64,000 bases of DNA from Hemiscyllium ocellatum (taxonomy: Eukaryota), in the NCBI RefSeq assembly GCF_020745735.1, contig NC_083407.1, positions 82,823,857 through 82,887,856 on the forward strand. The letters run 5' to 3'. The first letter of the stretch is position 1, and the number at the start of each line of letters is the position of its first letter. Of the stretch, positions 1 to 13,812 are shown piece after piece. Below the pieces are notes generated by a model. That model was not told where the DNA came from. It ran no database searches and saw nothing but the letters and a program-made list of their open reading frames with translations. Both the position numbers and the translations under genes were made by a program.

Positions 1-240
1 GCAATTGCATGTTACCCTCCAAACCACTCACATGCTGACTTGGAAATACTTTGCTGTCTCTTCAGTATTGTTTGGTCTAAATCTTTTAACTTCCTCCCAA
101 TCAGCATTGGAGTTACAGCTTCACCAAGTGGACTGCAACCGTTCAAGAAGGCAGCTCATCACCACCTTCTCAAAGACAATTAGGAATGGCAATAAATGCA
201 GGCTCAACCAACAAAGCTTGCATCACTTGAATTGGAATAA
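1..240 (+). mobile_element. 3' end of CR1/L2-group LINE family 2 (decayed)
   Basis: Contains ...tcaagaaggcagctcatcaccaccttctcaaagacaattaggaatggcaataaatgc..., the same 3' tail seen at 10050-10190, 11690-11805 and (minus strand) 42430-42560. Confidence 0.7.
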
Positions 241-814
241 AGCATACTTGGCAAACTGCAAACCTCAGCAAATAGCCTGACAGTGCAACTGCTGATAGTG
301 CAACACAAGAAGCTGCTTACTTCATTCAAGAGCTTGAAATGTACTGTCAGTCCTCAAATTCAACATGCACAAATGCAAAATGAGGAATGCATCCAAACTA
401 GCAAATATTACAAACCATTTCAGCTAGATCAACATCCCAGTGAGATAGGCATGAAAACTTTCTTCAAACATAGAAAGCATTTTCTACTAATGAATGATAT
501 ATCATTGTATGTTCAGAAATCTTATGGTACCCTCCCTCCCCCCTGCACCCTGCCTGCAATCCTATACCCACTGCTGGGAACATGGAATTCTGTACGTTGT
601 TCTAGGTGGAGCGTGGTGAGTAGTTTTCCAAAGTGTAGTAGTGAAACAAGCCATCAATGGCTGTATTTATGATATATGATTGGGGATTAGAGTCAATATT
701 CTCGTCAGCAATGTTCTTTTCTTGAGCTGCTCACTACTCTTGCTTTTTCCTTGTTTCCATTGCTACCCCTAGATTCCATTGCAGTAGTTGAAGTACATTA
801 TTTTATAACACACA

Positions 815-925
815 ATCAACATCATTAAAAGAAAAAACTTTCAGGTCATCCATCTTTTGTTTATGGGATCTTGATTGCCTGTTATGACAGTGTCTGTTCT
901 ACAAAATCATTCATTCAGCTTTATC
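815..925 (+). mobile_element. Degenerate Deu-domain SINE-like fragment
   Basis: tcaacatcattaaaa...ggtcatcc...tgtttatgggatcttg...tgacagtg...aaaatcattcatt resembles the Deu-SINE core as recalled; heavily decayed. Confidence 0.3.
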
Positions 926-2004
926 CATATTGTATTTTTAAGCAGACCCAATTTGTATTTAACATATTGCTCCATATTACAATTTCTGAAAGATAGGTTT
1001 ATATCCTAAGAAAAATAATACTATTTACACCATTGTAGAAGATAAGTAACTTCTTTCCCCATCTTCTGCCCTTCAAGATTGACTATCTTTTCCAAACACA
1101 TCAAACAGTGGATTTGAGTTAGAGCCTGACACCAAATGAAATTTCCTTTTTCTCCATTTTCATGCTACCTGTTTGTTTTCTTTTTCCTGACAGTCCTGAT
1201 ATTGTTGCCTCAGGATAGGTTCAGATTGACGACTGTGCTGCCATGTTCAAAGGTCCAGGAGGAACACAGCTGACAAAGCCTCTGATTGCGGCTCAAACAA
1301 TCTTGAACAATCCAACCAGCAAATGGAAAATTTATAACTACTGTATCATCTTAATGCTATTCTCTAGGTTCCTATGCCAGGAGGTTAGTTAAAGCTGCAT
1401 AAAACCCATAATGGTCAGACATCTAGTGCACAAATGAACTGGGAAATGCTAGCATTTAATTAAACCACCACACAACACCATGTCTTCAACCTCAAGGTTG
1501 AAAATAGCTATTTATATTTGAATATTATCTTTTGTATGGATCTCATGTTCTTTATGAAATTTTGCAAATGCTATTAAACATGGAAGAATAAATCAAAATC
1601 TATTATTCCTCAGGGTCAAGGACTTACCATAATATAACCCAGTATTACAAACTATTGAACAAAGAACTTCAGCTTGAATACATGCATCATTAAATATCAT
1701 TGTCAACACAGTAGCCAGCTTTTTTGCCTGTTAGTACATCTTTTGTTTCCTTCACAATAATTTCCGATTTTAGAAAACATTGCTGCCTAATGAGTGATCC
1801 TGCCTTTGCTGTTCCCTTGCACAATGTTAAAACATTTGTGCAAACTTCACAAACTGAATGAGCAAGGAATTAATTCATAGCTAGCGCTTTAATAACATTA
1901 AGGCTATCCTCACCAATAATACTATGGTGCTTTTTGATTTGATGGATGAATTCCAATAGCTTGTTTTTTGGAGCAAACTATTGATTTCATTTTAAATTCA
2001 GTGA

Positions 2005-2090
2005 AGGTACATGCTGGAAATCTGAAGCAAACACAAAGATTGCTGGAACCGAGCAGGTCTGGCAACACACACTTGTGAAGAGAGAAAAGA
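2005..2090 (-). mobile_element. PLE family D terminal repeat fragment
   Basis: atgctggaaatctgaagcaaacacaaagattgctggaaccgagcaggtctggc is the reverse complement of the element at 59444-59578. Confidence 0.55.
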
Positions 2091-2278
2091 TGTTTTTGTC
2101 AAAGTGGTTAAATTGTAAATTTATTTGCTCCTGGTGGATATTCAATCATTGAATCAATTTACTTGTGTTTCTGACTTCCAACTGGCTCTGCTGTCACATT
2201 CCAATACAAAGGCACAGTTAACAATCATCCAATAGTTTCCAACATCTGTCTCATTCGTAGGTAAACTCACTCTCACCA

Positions 2279-2905
2279 CTTATTGTATCATAATATCATT
2301 TATTGTATCCATTGCTCCCAATGCGGTCTCCTCTACATTGGGGAGACTGGGTGCCTCCTAGCATATCGCTTTAGGGAACATCTCCGAGACACCCACACCA
2401 ATCAACCACACCGCCCCGTGGCGTAACATCTCAACTCCCCCTCCCACTCTGCCGAGGACATGGAGGTCCTAGGCCTCCTTCACCGCCACTCCCTCACCAC
2501 CAGAAGAACGCCTCATCTTCCGCCTCGGAACACTTCAACCTCAGGGCATCAATGTGGACTTCTACAGCTTCCTCATTTCCCCTTCCCCCACCTCATCCTA
2601 GTTTCAAACTTCCAGCTCAGCACTGTCCCCATGACTTGTCCGGACTTGTCCGACCTGCCTATCTCCTTTTCCACCTATCCACTCCGCCCTCTCCTCCCTG
2701 ACCTATCACCTTCATCTCCTCCCCCACTCACCCATTGTACTCTATGCTACTCTCTCCCCACCCCCACCCTCCCCTAGCTCATCTCTCCACGCTTCAGGCT
2801 CACTGCCTTTATTCCTGATGAAGGGCTTTTGCCCGAAACGTCGATTTTGCTGCTCGTTGGATGCTGCCTGAACTGCTGTGCTCTTCCAGCACCACTGATC
2901 CAGAA
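2279..2905 (+). mobile_element. Penelope-like element family A, 5'-truncated (GIY-YIG endonuclease remnant plus terminal repeat)
   Basis: Translates as NIIYCIHCSQCGLLYIGETG...RFREHLRDT...HxNSPSHS (PLE GIY-YIG domain). Perfect 12-bp TSD TCACTCTCACCA at 2267-2278 and 2906-2917. Confidence 0.9.
2811..2847 (+). ncRNA. Minimal type I hammerhead ribozyme motif (PLE-A), core intact
   Basis: CUGAUGA (2815-2821), extra A, GGGC-UUUU-GCCC, GAAA-CGUC; palindromic ACGU stem III; stem I is weak. Confidence 0.75.
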
Positions 2906-5505
2906 TCACTCTCACCATATCCTATCGCTCTTTTCTCCAAAGTCTGGCCTAAGTGTGTCCAGGTAGAAAAAATACTCAAAGCTACAATGCTTCATTTTAA
3001 TAGCTAACTGTAGCATTGATACATTTATAAATGGCAGCACCTTTAAGTTAAATCATGCTGACAAATTAATTTACAATTGTCCATAGCCTACCACTTTCCT
3101 TCAGTTGAATCAATATCATGCCCACAAATATTAATTACCCTAAGTCTTTCTGTGTAAATATTTTATTTATATTTATTCATTTTATATTAAACTAGGATTC
3201 GCACTGCCAGTGTTAAGCTGAAATGTAGAGTAGATTTTCAGGAAAGAGCTCCAGCGATGATAGTTCCATTACTTTATGAGTTGCTAGGTGAACGCTCTGT
3301 AGGAGTAGGTCTGTAGGAATTGATAATGCCACCATACTTTCTACCATGTCCCAAATTACTCCTCATAATGGCTACAACCAGACATGCTTGGCAGGATTTT
3401 GTTCTGATCCTAGCTCTTCCAGCAGTTACCGCGCCCCACACATGGAGAAGTTAATTTTTCAGATCTATTTGCAGATTTCAGTGCTTTTTACCCTAACCTG
3501 TGTCAATTCTGTTATGATAGATACAGGTACATTTAAGAGAGATGTGCTTTGGGCAGTCTGTACATGCTGGAGGCTTGGCAGTTCTCTGTTTAATTTTCTT
3601 CAGTCTTATAACCCAAAGGATCAGATCATTTTATTGGTCTTAATATTGTCAAAATATCAAATTCAAACTTGATTGGAGTTTGGTATCTTGGGGTATAATT
3701 TAAACTGGACAAATTTGAATTTGACTTTTCTGTCTCATGGCAATCCAGGAACTGCTAGCTGCAGGCCCAAATGTTACATTGTAAATTTTCCAGTACTCTC
3801 TGTGCCTCTCTAAGTCCTTCAACTCTCTTAAAGGTACAGTACAATATACCCTCGTAACAATTCCTACACTTAAATTCAAGAATTCCCCCTTTAAGCATCG
3901 TTGTTACTACCTCATCCCTCCTTGGGCTTGATGACCTTTTTTAAAACTCTTTTTTTCTTTAACCAGACTTTCAGGTGCATCTCCAAATATTTCCTTCTTC
4001 GTCTCAATGATATTGCTTTCTGATTAAGCACCTCTGAGGGCATGTGGGTCATTTTCTACACTAAAGGTAATATGTTAATCAACAGTGTTCTGATTGCCAA
4101 TCCAAGCCTCTCTCAAGTCTGCTTTCTCAAATGTGAACTGGAGGTAAAGCATAGAGATTAGCCTGTGGAGATTTGTTGAGGTGTGAAAGCACGTATTCAA
4201 GACATTGGCTTGCTCCAAAACTATTGTAGAGCAATCAAATTCTGCAAGAGTATTTCATGAGCACACAGAGTCACCAGTTATAGGATGTAGAATTTCCCTT
4301 GAAGCTATTAGAGTTAAGAGTTGGCCACTGATATATTCCTCGTGCTAGGTTTCGATTCCAACCAGGGTGAATGCAGCCAGAAGTGGCCAGTCACTCTCAG
4401 TGGGATCTTTTGAGAGTGAGAGGCTTCACTTTAATCTGGAAAGGTTGCAGTTAATTTGGGATATTTTTTGGCCTCCATTGGCCCTCACTGGGAGTGGTCT
4501 TTGAAAGACAATCAATGTAGGGGACTTGCTTTAGACTCACTGTCTCTATGCCCAACTTCTTAATTTCTAAACCACAATGAATAGGAATTAAGCCTCTCCT
4601 TATAGGAAAAATGGAAACAGAGAACTATTACAGCACAGAGAGCAACCTAATTGACCCACTATGTCTATGCAAGTTATAAAGGTGTTCTCCAGCCTCATCC
4701 CAACATCCATTTCTTTGTTCATAAACCTATTGATTACATCACAAAATTGACCACAACTTTTTTCAAAAATGGGAAATAGATTTCTGCCTCTAGTACTCTT
4801 TCAGATTGTGAGATCCAGGTTCATACCTTCCTCATTAAATATTACAACTCAACTCTCCTCTAATCCTTCTACTAATTCCTTTAAATCTAAGCCCAGTTAC
4901 TGACCCTTCTACTACAGGAACTAGTTCAGCCCCATCTAAGTTATCATAATTTTATTCACCCCTGAAATAAATCTCCCCTCTTCCAAAGAAAACAAAGCCA
5001 CCCCATTCAATAATCGTACGCATTCTCTATTCCTGGCAACAGGTGCCTCAGATTGAAAGGGTTAAAGTTCTTCTTCATGTTTGGTAGCCCAGAATTTTTT
5101 TTAATGCAATTTTATTGCACCCTATAAGAATCTGGAGTTTTCCCTGCCAAGCATTGACTGGCAGCAGCTGAAAAAAGCAATGCAGTTGTGTTTATCATGG
5201 TAGAAAATCATCAAGTTGTTCTATGTATTCAGGTCAGAATATGTGATCTAGTTAGGGAGACGAATTATTTTTTCACGTAGGTCAGTAAGTTTGGGAGTCA
5301 CAGCTATCCCTAGCCCCTTATATCTCCAGTATTTTCCATTATGTTATTTGAGAGAGAATAGCAATTTCAGATATAATACTTGACACATGCTTCTGACTAG
5401 GAACATACACCTCTTTGACATATGAAAAGCACATTTTCTTCCCCCCATGCCTTTTCCCTGGTGGACTTTATTTAAAAAAGAAAAATTTTGGAACTTTCCA
5501 GTCTA

Positions 5506-5726
5506 CTATGTCTTGGAGGCACAAAAACATAAAATATTATTTTCAGATAGAAAACTAGTTGAAAGGTTTTCCTGAAATATCTGTTGCTTGTCTTTCTCCT
5601 GGTAGCATAGGAAAACTTTCATGTTTTCAATCAAATAATTCTCTTTGTTATTTTGTTGCTGTTGTCTCCCACGAGTGCTGGCACTACTCCCTGTTTTGAT
5701 TCTGCCCACATACCTATTTTGGAATT
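5506..5726 (-). other. Possible terminal coding exon, unidentified
   Basis: Acceptor ctttattccattctcctag|AA, then an open frame (FQNRYVGRIKTG...CASKT*) in apparently non-repeat sequence; no homologue recognised. Confidence 0.2.
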
Positions 5727-5843
5727 CTAGGAGAATGGAATAAAGTCTCAATTAATATAGTATCATCCAACATTGAACACTGTCATTCTTAAAAGAATCT
5801 GATTTCCCAGGCAAGCAAGTTTTGTACCACTGTAGATTCAGTG

Positions 5844-6979
5844 ATAGAGTCATAGAGTCTTAGAGATGTACAGCATGGAAACAGACCCTTCGGTCCAATC
5901 TGTCCATGGACCAGATATCCCAACCCAATCTAGTCCCACCTGCCAGCACCTGGCAAATATACCTCCAAACCCTTCCTATTCATATACCCATCCAAATGGC
6001 TCTTAAATGTTGCAATTGTACCAGCCTCCACCACTTCCTCTGGCAGCTCATTCCATACACGTACCACCCTCTGCATGAAAAAGTTGCCCCTTAGGTCTCT
6101 TTTATATCTTTCCCCTCTCATCCTTAAACTATACCCTCTAGTTCTGGACTCCTCGACCCCAGGGAAAATACTTTGTCTATTTACCCTATCCATGCACCTC
6201 ATAATTTTGTAAACCTCTATAAGGTCACCCCTCAGCCTCCGATGCTCCAGGGAAAACAGCCACAGCCTAATCAGCCTCTCCCTATAGCTCAAATCCTCCA
6301 ACCCTGGCAACATCCTTGTAAATCTTCTCTGAACCCTTTCAAGTTTCACAACATCTTTCCGATAGGAAGGAGACCAGAATTGCACACAATATTCCAACAG
6401 TGACCTAACCAATGTCCTGTATGGCCGCAACATGACCTCCAAACGCCTCTACTCAATATTCTGACCAATAAAGGAAAGCATACCAAATGCCTTCTTCACT
6501 ATCCTATCTACCTGCAACTCCACTTTCAAGGAGCTATGAACCTGCACTCCAAGGTCTCTTTGTTCAGAAACACTCCCTTACCATTAAGTGTACAAGTCCT
6601 GCTAAGATCTGCTTTCCCAAAATGCAGCACCTCACATTTATCTGAATTAAACTCCATCTGCCACTTCTCAGCCCATTGGCCCATCTGGTCAAGATCCTGT
6701 TGTAATCTGAAGTAAGCCTCTTCGCTGTCCACTACACCTCCAATTTTGGTGTCATCTGCAAACTTAGTACCTGTACCTCTTATGCTCGCATCCAAATCAT
6801 TTATGTAAATGACAAAAAACTAGAGGACCCAGTACCGATCCTTGTGGCACTCCACTGGTCACAGGCCTCCAGTCTGAAAAACAACCCTCCACCACCACCC
6901 TCTGTCTTCTACCTTTGAGCCAGTTCTGTATCCAAATGGCTAGTTCTCCCTGTATTCCATGAGATCTAACCTTACTAAT
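5844..6979 (-). mobile_element. CR1/HER1-type LINE, 3' portion of ORF2 (RT) plus 3' UTR
   Basis: ORFs with KFADDTKIGG and LEYCVQFWSP...LERVQRRFTRMLPG; (ATAGAGTC)n tail. Confidence 0.95.
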
Positions 6980-7270
6980 TCTCCAGAATTCGATTAACCA
7001 AACAAAATACTGCCATTTGTGTCCTTTGGGTAATCAAGTTTCCTCTGTATTGAACAAAGCTAGATTGTTGTTAAGTCTTTAATCACTTAGAATGGGGTTG
7101 CAGGTTTCAATTCATTACTATGTAATTCCCAGAACTTCTTTTCAGTCACATTCCTGAGATAACTTAAGGTTTTATAAAAAAAAGGTGACATTTTAGCTCC
7201 AGCAATGCTGACGTGCACAGGCAAATACTCCATCACACTCGCGCGCACACTCTGTCAAGCATGTGGACAT

Positions 7271-7274
7271 ACAC

Positions 7275-7323
<49 letters not shown>
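7271..7323. repeat. (CA)n microsatellite
   Basis: About 26 CA units with one interruption, inside the PLE-B copy. Confidence 0.95.
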
Positions 7324-7327
<4 letters not shown>

Positions 7328-7574
7328 TCAGTCTGTTGAGTGAATTTGCATTCGCAGATTTGTATTTGCAGATACGTTCTATTTTTTTCAAAGAGCACAC
7401 AATCTGTAGGCAGTCAGTCCATGTAACATTTTACAGTTCCTAATTTGGAAATAGAACAGATCTGACTCAAGGTTGGGATACAGGCAGACTCTAACCTCAC
7501 ACCTTTAATGCATTGTTTGAGCAGAGATGTCACCTTTTTTAAATAAAACTTTAAGTTATCTCAGGAAGATGACC

Positions 7575-7880
7575 GTGGGCGGCACGGTGGCACAGTGGTT
7601 AGCACTGCTGCCTCACAGCGCCTGAGACCCGGGTTCAATTCCCAACTCAGGCGACTGACTGTGTGGAGTTTGCACGTTCTCCCCGTGGGTTTCCTCCAGG
7701 TGCTCCGGTTTCCTCCCACAGTCCAAAGATGTGCGGGTCAGGTGAATTGGCTATGCTAAATTGCCCGTAGTGTTAGGTAAGGGGTAAATGTAGGGTTATG
7801 GGTGGGTTTCGCTTCGGCGGGTCGGTGTGGACTTGTTGGGCCGAAGGGCCTGTTTCCACACTGTAAGTAATCTAATCTAA
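7575..7880 (+). mobile_element. HE1-type V-SINE (young)
   Basis: tRNA-derived head (A box TGGCACAGTGG, B box GGTTCAATTCC), V-domain, CR1-like tail ending (TAATC)n; TSD ATGAC at 7569-7573 and 7880-7884. Confidence 0.92.
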
Positions 7881-8049
7881 TGACTTGAAAGAGGTTCTGG
7901 GAATTACATATTAATGAATCAAAACTTGTAACCCCATTTCAAGTGATAAAAGAATTAACAGAAATCTAAGTTTGTTCAACACATCACATCATTTGTATGA
8001 CAATTTGATCTTTTACCATAAATTCTGTGTCCTATATTCCTGTTCCACC

Positions 8050-8090
8050 AGTTACCTGATGATGGAGCAGCGCTCCAAAAGCTTGTACTT
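8050..8090 (+). ncRNA. Hammerhead motif (PLE-B), core mutated
   Basis: CUGAUGA (8056-8062), extra U, GGAGC-AGC-GCUCC, AAAA-GCUU; G12 lost by a CpG-type change. Confidence 0.6.
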
Positions 8091-8398
8091 CCAAATAAAC
8101 CTGTAAAACTATAACCTGGTGTTGTGTGATTTTTAAACTTTGTTCACCCCAGTCCCACACTGGCACCTCCACATCATATCCAAGAGCATACAGCTAAGAT
8201 TTAATTGCTATCAGGTTCAACATGGAGCTAACCTTACTGAACGCCCTTTGCATATTAGCCCCCTTGCCAGATATGTACAATCCAAGAGTTATATTCCAAT
8301 CAAGAATGACCAAGGATTCCAAAAAATATTCTTGGAAGTCCAGAATTTTAACTTGCAATTAAGGTCAATTCAGGGGAAAGATTTTCATTGGTAGAACT

Positions 8399-8749
8399 GG
8401 ACAGCATGGTGGCTCAGTGGTTAGTCTTGTTGCCTCAGAGCGCCAGGGGCCTGGGTTCGATTCCACCCTTGGGTGACTGTCTGTATGAAGTTTGCACATT
8501 CTCCCTGTGTCTGCATGGGTTTCCTCCAGGTGCTCCAGTTTCCTTCCACAATCCAAAGGCTAAGTGGGTTGGCCATGCTAAATTGCCCATAGTGTCCAAG
8601 GATGTGCAGGCTAGGTGGAGTAGCCATGGGAAATGCAGGGTTAGAGGGAAAGGGTAGGGGAGTGGGTCTGAATGAGATGCTATTCATAAGATCAGCATGG
8701 ATTTGATGGGCCGAATGGCCTGCTTCCACTTTGTAGGGATTCTATGACT
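8399..8749 (+). mobile_element. HE1-type V-SINE (older)
   Basis: A/B boxes, V-domain and tail homologous to 7575-7880, CpG-decayed. Confidence 0.85.
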
Positions 8750-10019
8750 GTTATTTGGAAATGCCATCTCCAGCGAGGCGAATAACTGTTTGGCCAAAGA
8801 ATTTCCTGTTATGGAGGTCAGTTAACCAGCTGTTTTACAAATCTGGATCCTGTGGTAAACACAGGATTCTGGTTGTCATTTGACACTGTAATTCACTAAA
8901 GTGTGTAAAGTGGTCTGCTATGGAGTGAAGGCAAGCCACAATGTAACTATGCTTGTGTTATTCAGAGTGCAGAGTCTGCTTGTCTGGGCTCCACTAAAAC
9001 AAAATGGGCTGCTGTCAAACCAGGACCTTCATCATTTCACAAATGAACACTGACCCCTCGCCACCTCTCTGACCCTACCCAGATAAAATCTGGGTCAATT
9101 TTGTAATGAGGTTCAATATGAAAATTATTCAGGCATTCTGCTGCGACTACATCATAGATATGTGTTTTTTTCTCTTGTGGTATGTATAAAACAACACAGT
9201 AATTGTACCAATAGATGTGAGGAAGGCATGGATGGATCATGTGGCTGGGGGTGTATGTGGAATGCTGAGACATTGGCAAAATATTAATGAGGTGTCACTG
9301 ATCATATTTCCTGAACGCTATTCTCAAGAATTAGTTTTCTTTCTCTGTCAAAAGGCTGCAGTAAAGCACCTAACTCGTGTGCTGTGAGTTCCAGGAAACA
9401 GTCGGCATCAATGCAGTATAATTCACTGTTACCGATGGTTCCATACAGATGGTTGACTGTCTCTGCAAGTATTTGCAAACCATGTAGTTTGCAGCATAAG
9501 AGATTTTAGTTGGCAAGCCATATATCTCCAATACCACCTTACACTCAGACTTCTCTCTCTTCCTAGTAAATTAAGAGATAGTTGACAATAACCTCTGCAT
9601 GCAATATGTGAACAGGAAATTTCTCTGTGCAATTCATAAACTGCTGGAGCTAGTGGTAATTTGAAATCTTGTCCATTATTCAGCTGACTAATGTCAGGCC
9701 TGGCCTAATATTTAATATTTACTTCAGTCATTTATCCTGCTTTCCTTGGAATATATGTGCACATGTTTATTTTCTAGGTCAGCATTTAACAAGGCTTTAA
9801 AGAAGGCCTGTTAAATGTTAGTCATTTTAGCTCAATTGATTGCGCCCACAATTCTGCATCAGAAAATTGTGATTTTCAGCCAGATATGAATATGGGCTGA
9901 TATTTCAGTGGTGTCAGCTGCATTGTTAAATGATCTGTCTTTCAGTGAACCAATTAGACCTACTCTCCCCACCCCCCATCCCCGCATGATGCTGATTTGG
10001 AATTACATTACCAGGCCTT

Positions 10020-11805
10020 TTGATCAAGACTCCTGGAAATCTCTTCCTGTTAGCACTGTGGGTGTCCAGGCTGCCCCATGAACTGCAGCAGATCAAGAAG
10101 ACAACTCACCACCTCCATCACCAGGAGCAATTAGAGATGGGTAATAAATACTGCCCTAACCAGTCTCACCCATATCTGACCATGAATCTGAGGCATCACC
10201 ATTCTGTTGCATTAGCCACTAAAAATTCTCAAAAAACAAAGGAAATGGATTGGACCAACTTGCACCAACCTAGGCATTGGAAATGGCAATAGCAACCTGA
10301 GTCTTGTTGACCCTGCAAAAGTTCTCTGTCCAACATCCGCTTGTTAGTGCCAACATTAGGACAGCCATCTCTCTCACACGAGTCAAACAACAGCTCAACA
10401 CAGTCATACATGAGGTATGATAATGTCTCAGACAACATTATCACTTTCCATGGTTATGTTCAATTCCAGTAGAGGTGGAATTGCAGTCAGGAGTGAATTG
10501 TCCTGGGAGTCCTCAACATTAACTCCAGACCACATGATGTTTCATGGCACCAAGTTAAAAAGGGCAAGGAAACCTCCTACTCATTACCACATACCATCAT
10601 CCCTCCTTGGTTAATGAATCAGTACTCCTTCATGTTGAACACCACTTGGAGGAAGCACTGAGGGTGGCAAGGGCACAGAATTCACACAGAATCAGTGGGG
10701 ATCTTTAATGTCTACAGTCCAGGATTGACTCAACAGCAGAACTACTGACTGAATGATCGAACCCTACAGGACAATCTGCTAATCTGGGTTTGCAGCAGTC
10801 GCTGAGGGAACCAAAATAGGGAAAAGTCTAATCTCATCCTCAACAATGGTGCTATAGATACATCTGTTCGTGACAGTCTCAGTAGGAGTGAGTATCACAC
10901 AGTCCTTATGGAGAGGGAATCCTGCCTTCACATTGAGAATACCCTCCATCATGTTGTATGGCACTACCACTGTGCTAAATGGGACAGACCTCAAAGGAAT
11001 CTAACAACTCAAGGTTAGGCATCATTGAGATGCTGTGGACTATCAATAGCAACACATTTGGGTTCCAGCACAATCTGCAATCTCATGGCCTGGCCTATCC
11101 CTCAGTCTCTCATTGTCATCAAGTCAGAGAATCAATCCTGGTCCAACAGAGAATACAGGAGGGCATGCCAGGAGCAGCACCAAGCAAACCTAAAAGTTAG
11201 ATCTCACCTGGTGAAGCAACACAATGGGACAAATTGCATGCCAAACAGCATATGCAGCAAGTGATAGTGCTAAGCAATTTAACAAACAACCAATAAGATC
11301 TAAGCTTTGCCACATCAAATCATGAATGGTGGTGAATAATTAAACAACTCACTGGAAGAGTAGACTACAGAAATGCTCAGCCTCAGAGATGGAGGTGACC
11401 AGCACATTGGTGCAAAAGGTAGAGCATTTGCAACAAGCTTCAGTCCGAAAAATAGCACAGATGATCGATCTTGGCCTCCTTCATTGATCCCCAACATCAC
11501 AGATGTCAAACCTTAGCCAATTCAACTTGATATCAGGAGTCAGTTGGAGACACTGGATACTGCCAAGGCTATGGGTCCTGACAACATTCTGGCAATAGTA
11601 CTGAAGACTTGTGCTCTAGAACTTGCCACAGCCTGGCCTAGCTGTTCCAGTTTGGCAGGATCGAAGTCCTGGAATTTACTTCCCAGCAGCATTGTAGGTG
11701 AATGGACTGCAGTTGTTCACTCAGGCAGCTCACCACCACCTTCTCAAGGCCAGTAGAGATAGGTAATAAATACTCGCCTACCAGTAATACCCACACCTCA
11801 TGAAT
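10020..11805 (+). mobile_element. CR1/L2-group LINE family 2 fragments (tail, then endonuclease/ORF2 region, then tail)
   Basis: Peptide LDTAKAMGPDNILAIVLKTCALELA; homologous to 61680-64000; family 3' tails at both ends. Confidence 0.75.
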
Positions 11806-12043
11806 ACATTTTTCAGAATTTTTGCTTCGCAACCATAGCAACTACAGTTCATAAGTAATTCATTAGTTATAAAATACTTTGGATATCTTGACGACGTGAT
11901 TATGTCCAAGGTGAATAAAACATCAATTAAAGTAAATATAATTTTATTTAGAAAGAAACTTCAAGTTATTCCTGACATTTTTTTGAGTAGGATATGTCAC
12001 ACAGCAATATTAATTATGTGCACAGAGTTTTTTCTAAAGTTTT

Positions 12044-12208
12044 CATAGAACACAGAACAGTATAGAACATAGACTGCAGAACAGGCTCTTCGGCCCTTGA
12101 TGTTACCCCAACCTGTGGAACCAATCTGAAACCTATCTAAGCCACACTATTCCATTCTCGTCCAAATGCCTATCCAATGACCATTTAAATGCCCTTAAAG
12201 TTGGCGAG
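12044..12208 (-). mobile_element. CR1 3' UTR fragment ((ATAGAAC)n-tail family)
   Basis: Matches the tail at 20130-20300. Confidence 0.85.
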
Positions 12209-13504
12209 AAATACCATTTGGTATTTTGGTACCAAATGGTACCATTTTCAATAACATTACAACTCAGTTTTTCTGTGTTCAATATCAAACAAAGGAACAT
12301 ATGGTCTTTTTGCAACATAAATCTCCTTCTGCACTGTCTGAAATATTGAGACCTTGCAGCTGCATGGAAGAGTGCTAAATATCTTGGTAATTATTAGCAT
12401 TTTGTGTTTTATTTGGTCATCCAAGCAATGGATTACAGCAAACACAGCTTGTTATCTTCTCATTTTTGGTACATAAATGGAAATAATTAATTATTAAATA
12501 ATCACATAGATTGCCACCCCATAATTTCACAAGATTTAATGAATGATTACATTTTTTACAGCGCATTAAGGAGAAGGGAGAAACAACAAACTCATTAAAG
12601 GCTAGCAGTGAATAACACTGGCAAAATTCAAAGGTCCGACTTTCTTCATTGTGTTTTCCTGAACTGAATTGAAAAGCAAGGAAAAACAAATACTCAGACA
12701 TGAATAAAAGTTTGCTAACTGTTGTAGAAATTAAAATTGTATTTTTAGAATTGCTGTGGTTATGCATGATGTTATGAAGAGGAGAAACATGAACAACCAA
12801 CATTTATTCCATTCATCTGATTTTTAATATGCAGTATCAGGGATGACGACAATAATTTTTGAGAAGGACAAATCATGTCCTAAAATGGCTGCTATTATCA
12901 CTTGACCACAGATCAAAGCAAGCTTTGCAAATCCAGTGTGAGACTTACAAAACCTGCCTCCACGGTTGTGAATTTAGAGACCCCTGCTCTCCCCCCGACA
13001 CACCCCTCTCCCAAACCCACGTCAGTGTCAGGAAATTTGCATCTTGTTTAATTCATCCATTTCCTGATTAGTTCTCATGTTGGGAGATGAAAGGTTCGCC
13101 TGCCTTTTAACCAGCTTGGAACTTCAATGTGCAAATACAGGAATCTCCATGATGACAGCTGCTTGAGGGCAGAAAGTAAAAGACAAGAGAAATGGATTTA
13201 TACGCGAGCACTGGAAGACTTCTCATGCTGCCTGTCTCTCTCATCTACCAGTGCCTGGTGAAGAATCACCTTGGAACATTGACCATTCACTCAGTGCTGA
13301 AGATATACAAACTCTGCCACTGCTGAAAAAGTAAGACAATAGCTCAGCAGTCAGGGCTCATAAAATATTTTAAAAATTAAGACAGACATAATACAAGTGA
13401 ATTTTCTCTCTGCTGTTTCCATAAAAATAGAAATCTGATTTTATATTAGCTGCGCCATGTGAAAACTAAGCTTTCTGGTAGACAAAGGTAAAGTACTGCA
13501 GATG

Positions 13505-13812
13505 ATTAGATTACTTACAGTGTGGAAACAGGCCCTTCGGCCCAACAAGTCCACACCGACCCGCCGAAGCGCAACCCACCCATACCCCTACATATACCCC
13601 TTACCTAACACTACGGGCAATTTAGCATGGCCAATTCACCTGACCAGCACATCTTTGGACTGTGGGAGGAAACCGGAGCACCCGGAGGAAACCCACGCAG
13701 ACACGGGGAGAATGTGCAAACTCCACACAGTCAGTCGCCTGAGGCGGGAATTGAACCCAGGTCCCTGGCGCTGTGAGGCAGCAGTGCTAACCACTGTGCC
13801 ACCGTGCCGCCC
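13505..13812 (-). mobile_element. HE1-type V-SINE (young)
   Basis: Near-identical reverse complement of 22340-22661. Confidence 0.92.

Larger units (their letters stand above)
7049..8177 (+). mobile_element. PLE family B terminal region with 5' inverted arm (about 7049-7208), interrupted by an HE1 SINE
   Basis: 7049-7208 is the reverse complement of 7506-7573 plus 7885-7980. The 3' part carries a hammerhead motif and the tail ...ttgttcaccccagtcccacactggcacctcc shared with copies at 15509, 53048 and 54040. Confidence 0.8.

Noticed and set aside
7020-7049. Right TIR of a Tigger-like MITE
   Set aside because: No matching left TIR could be found.
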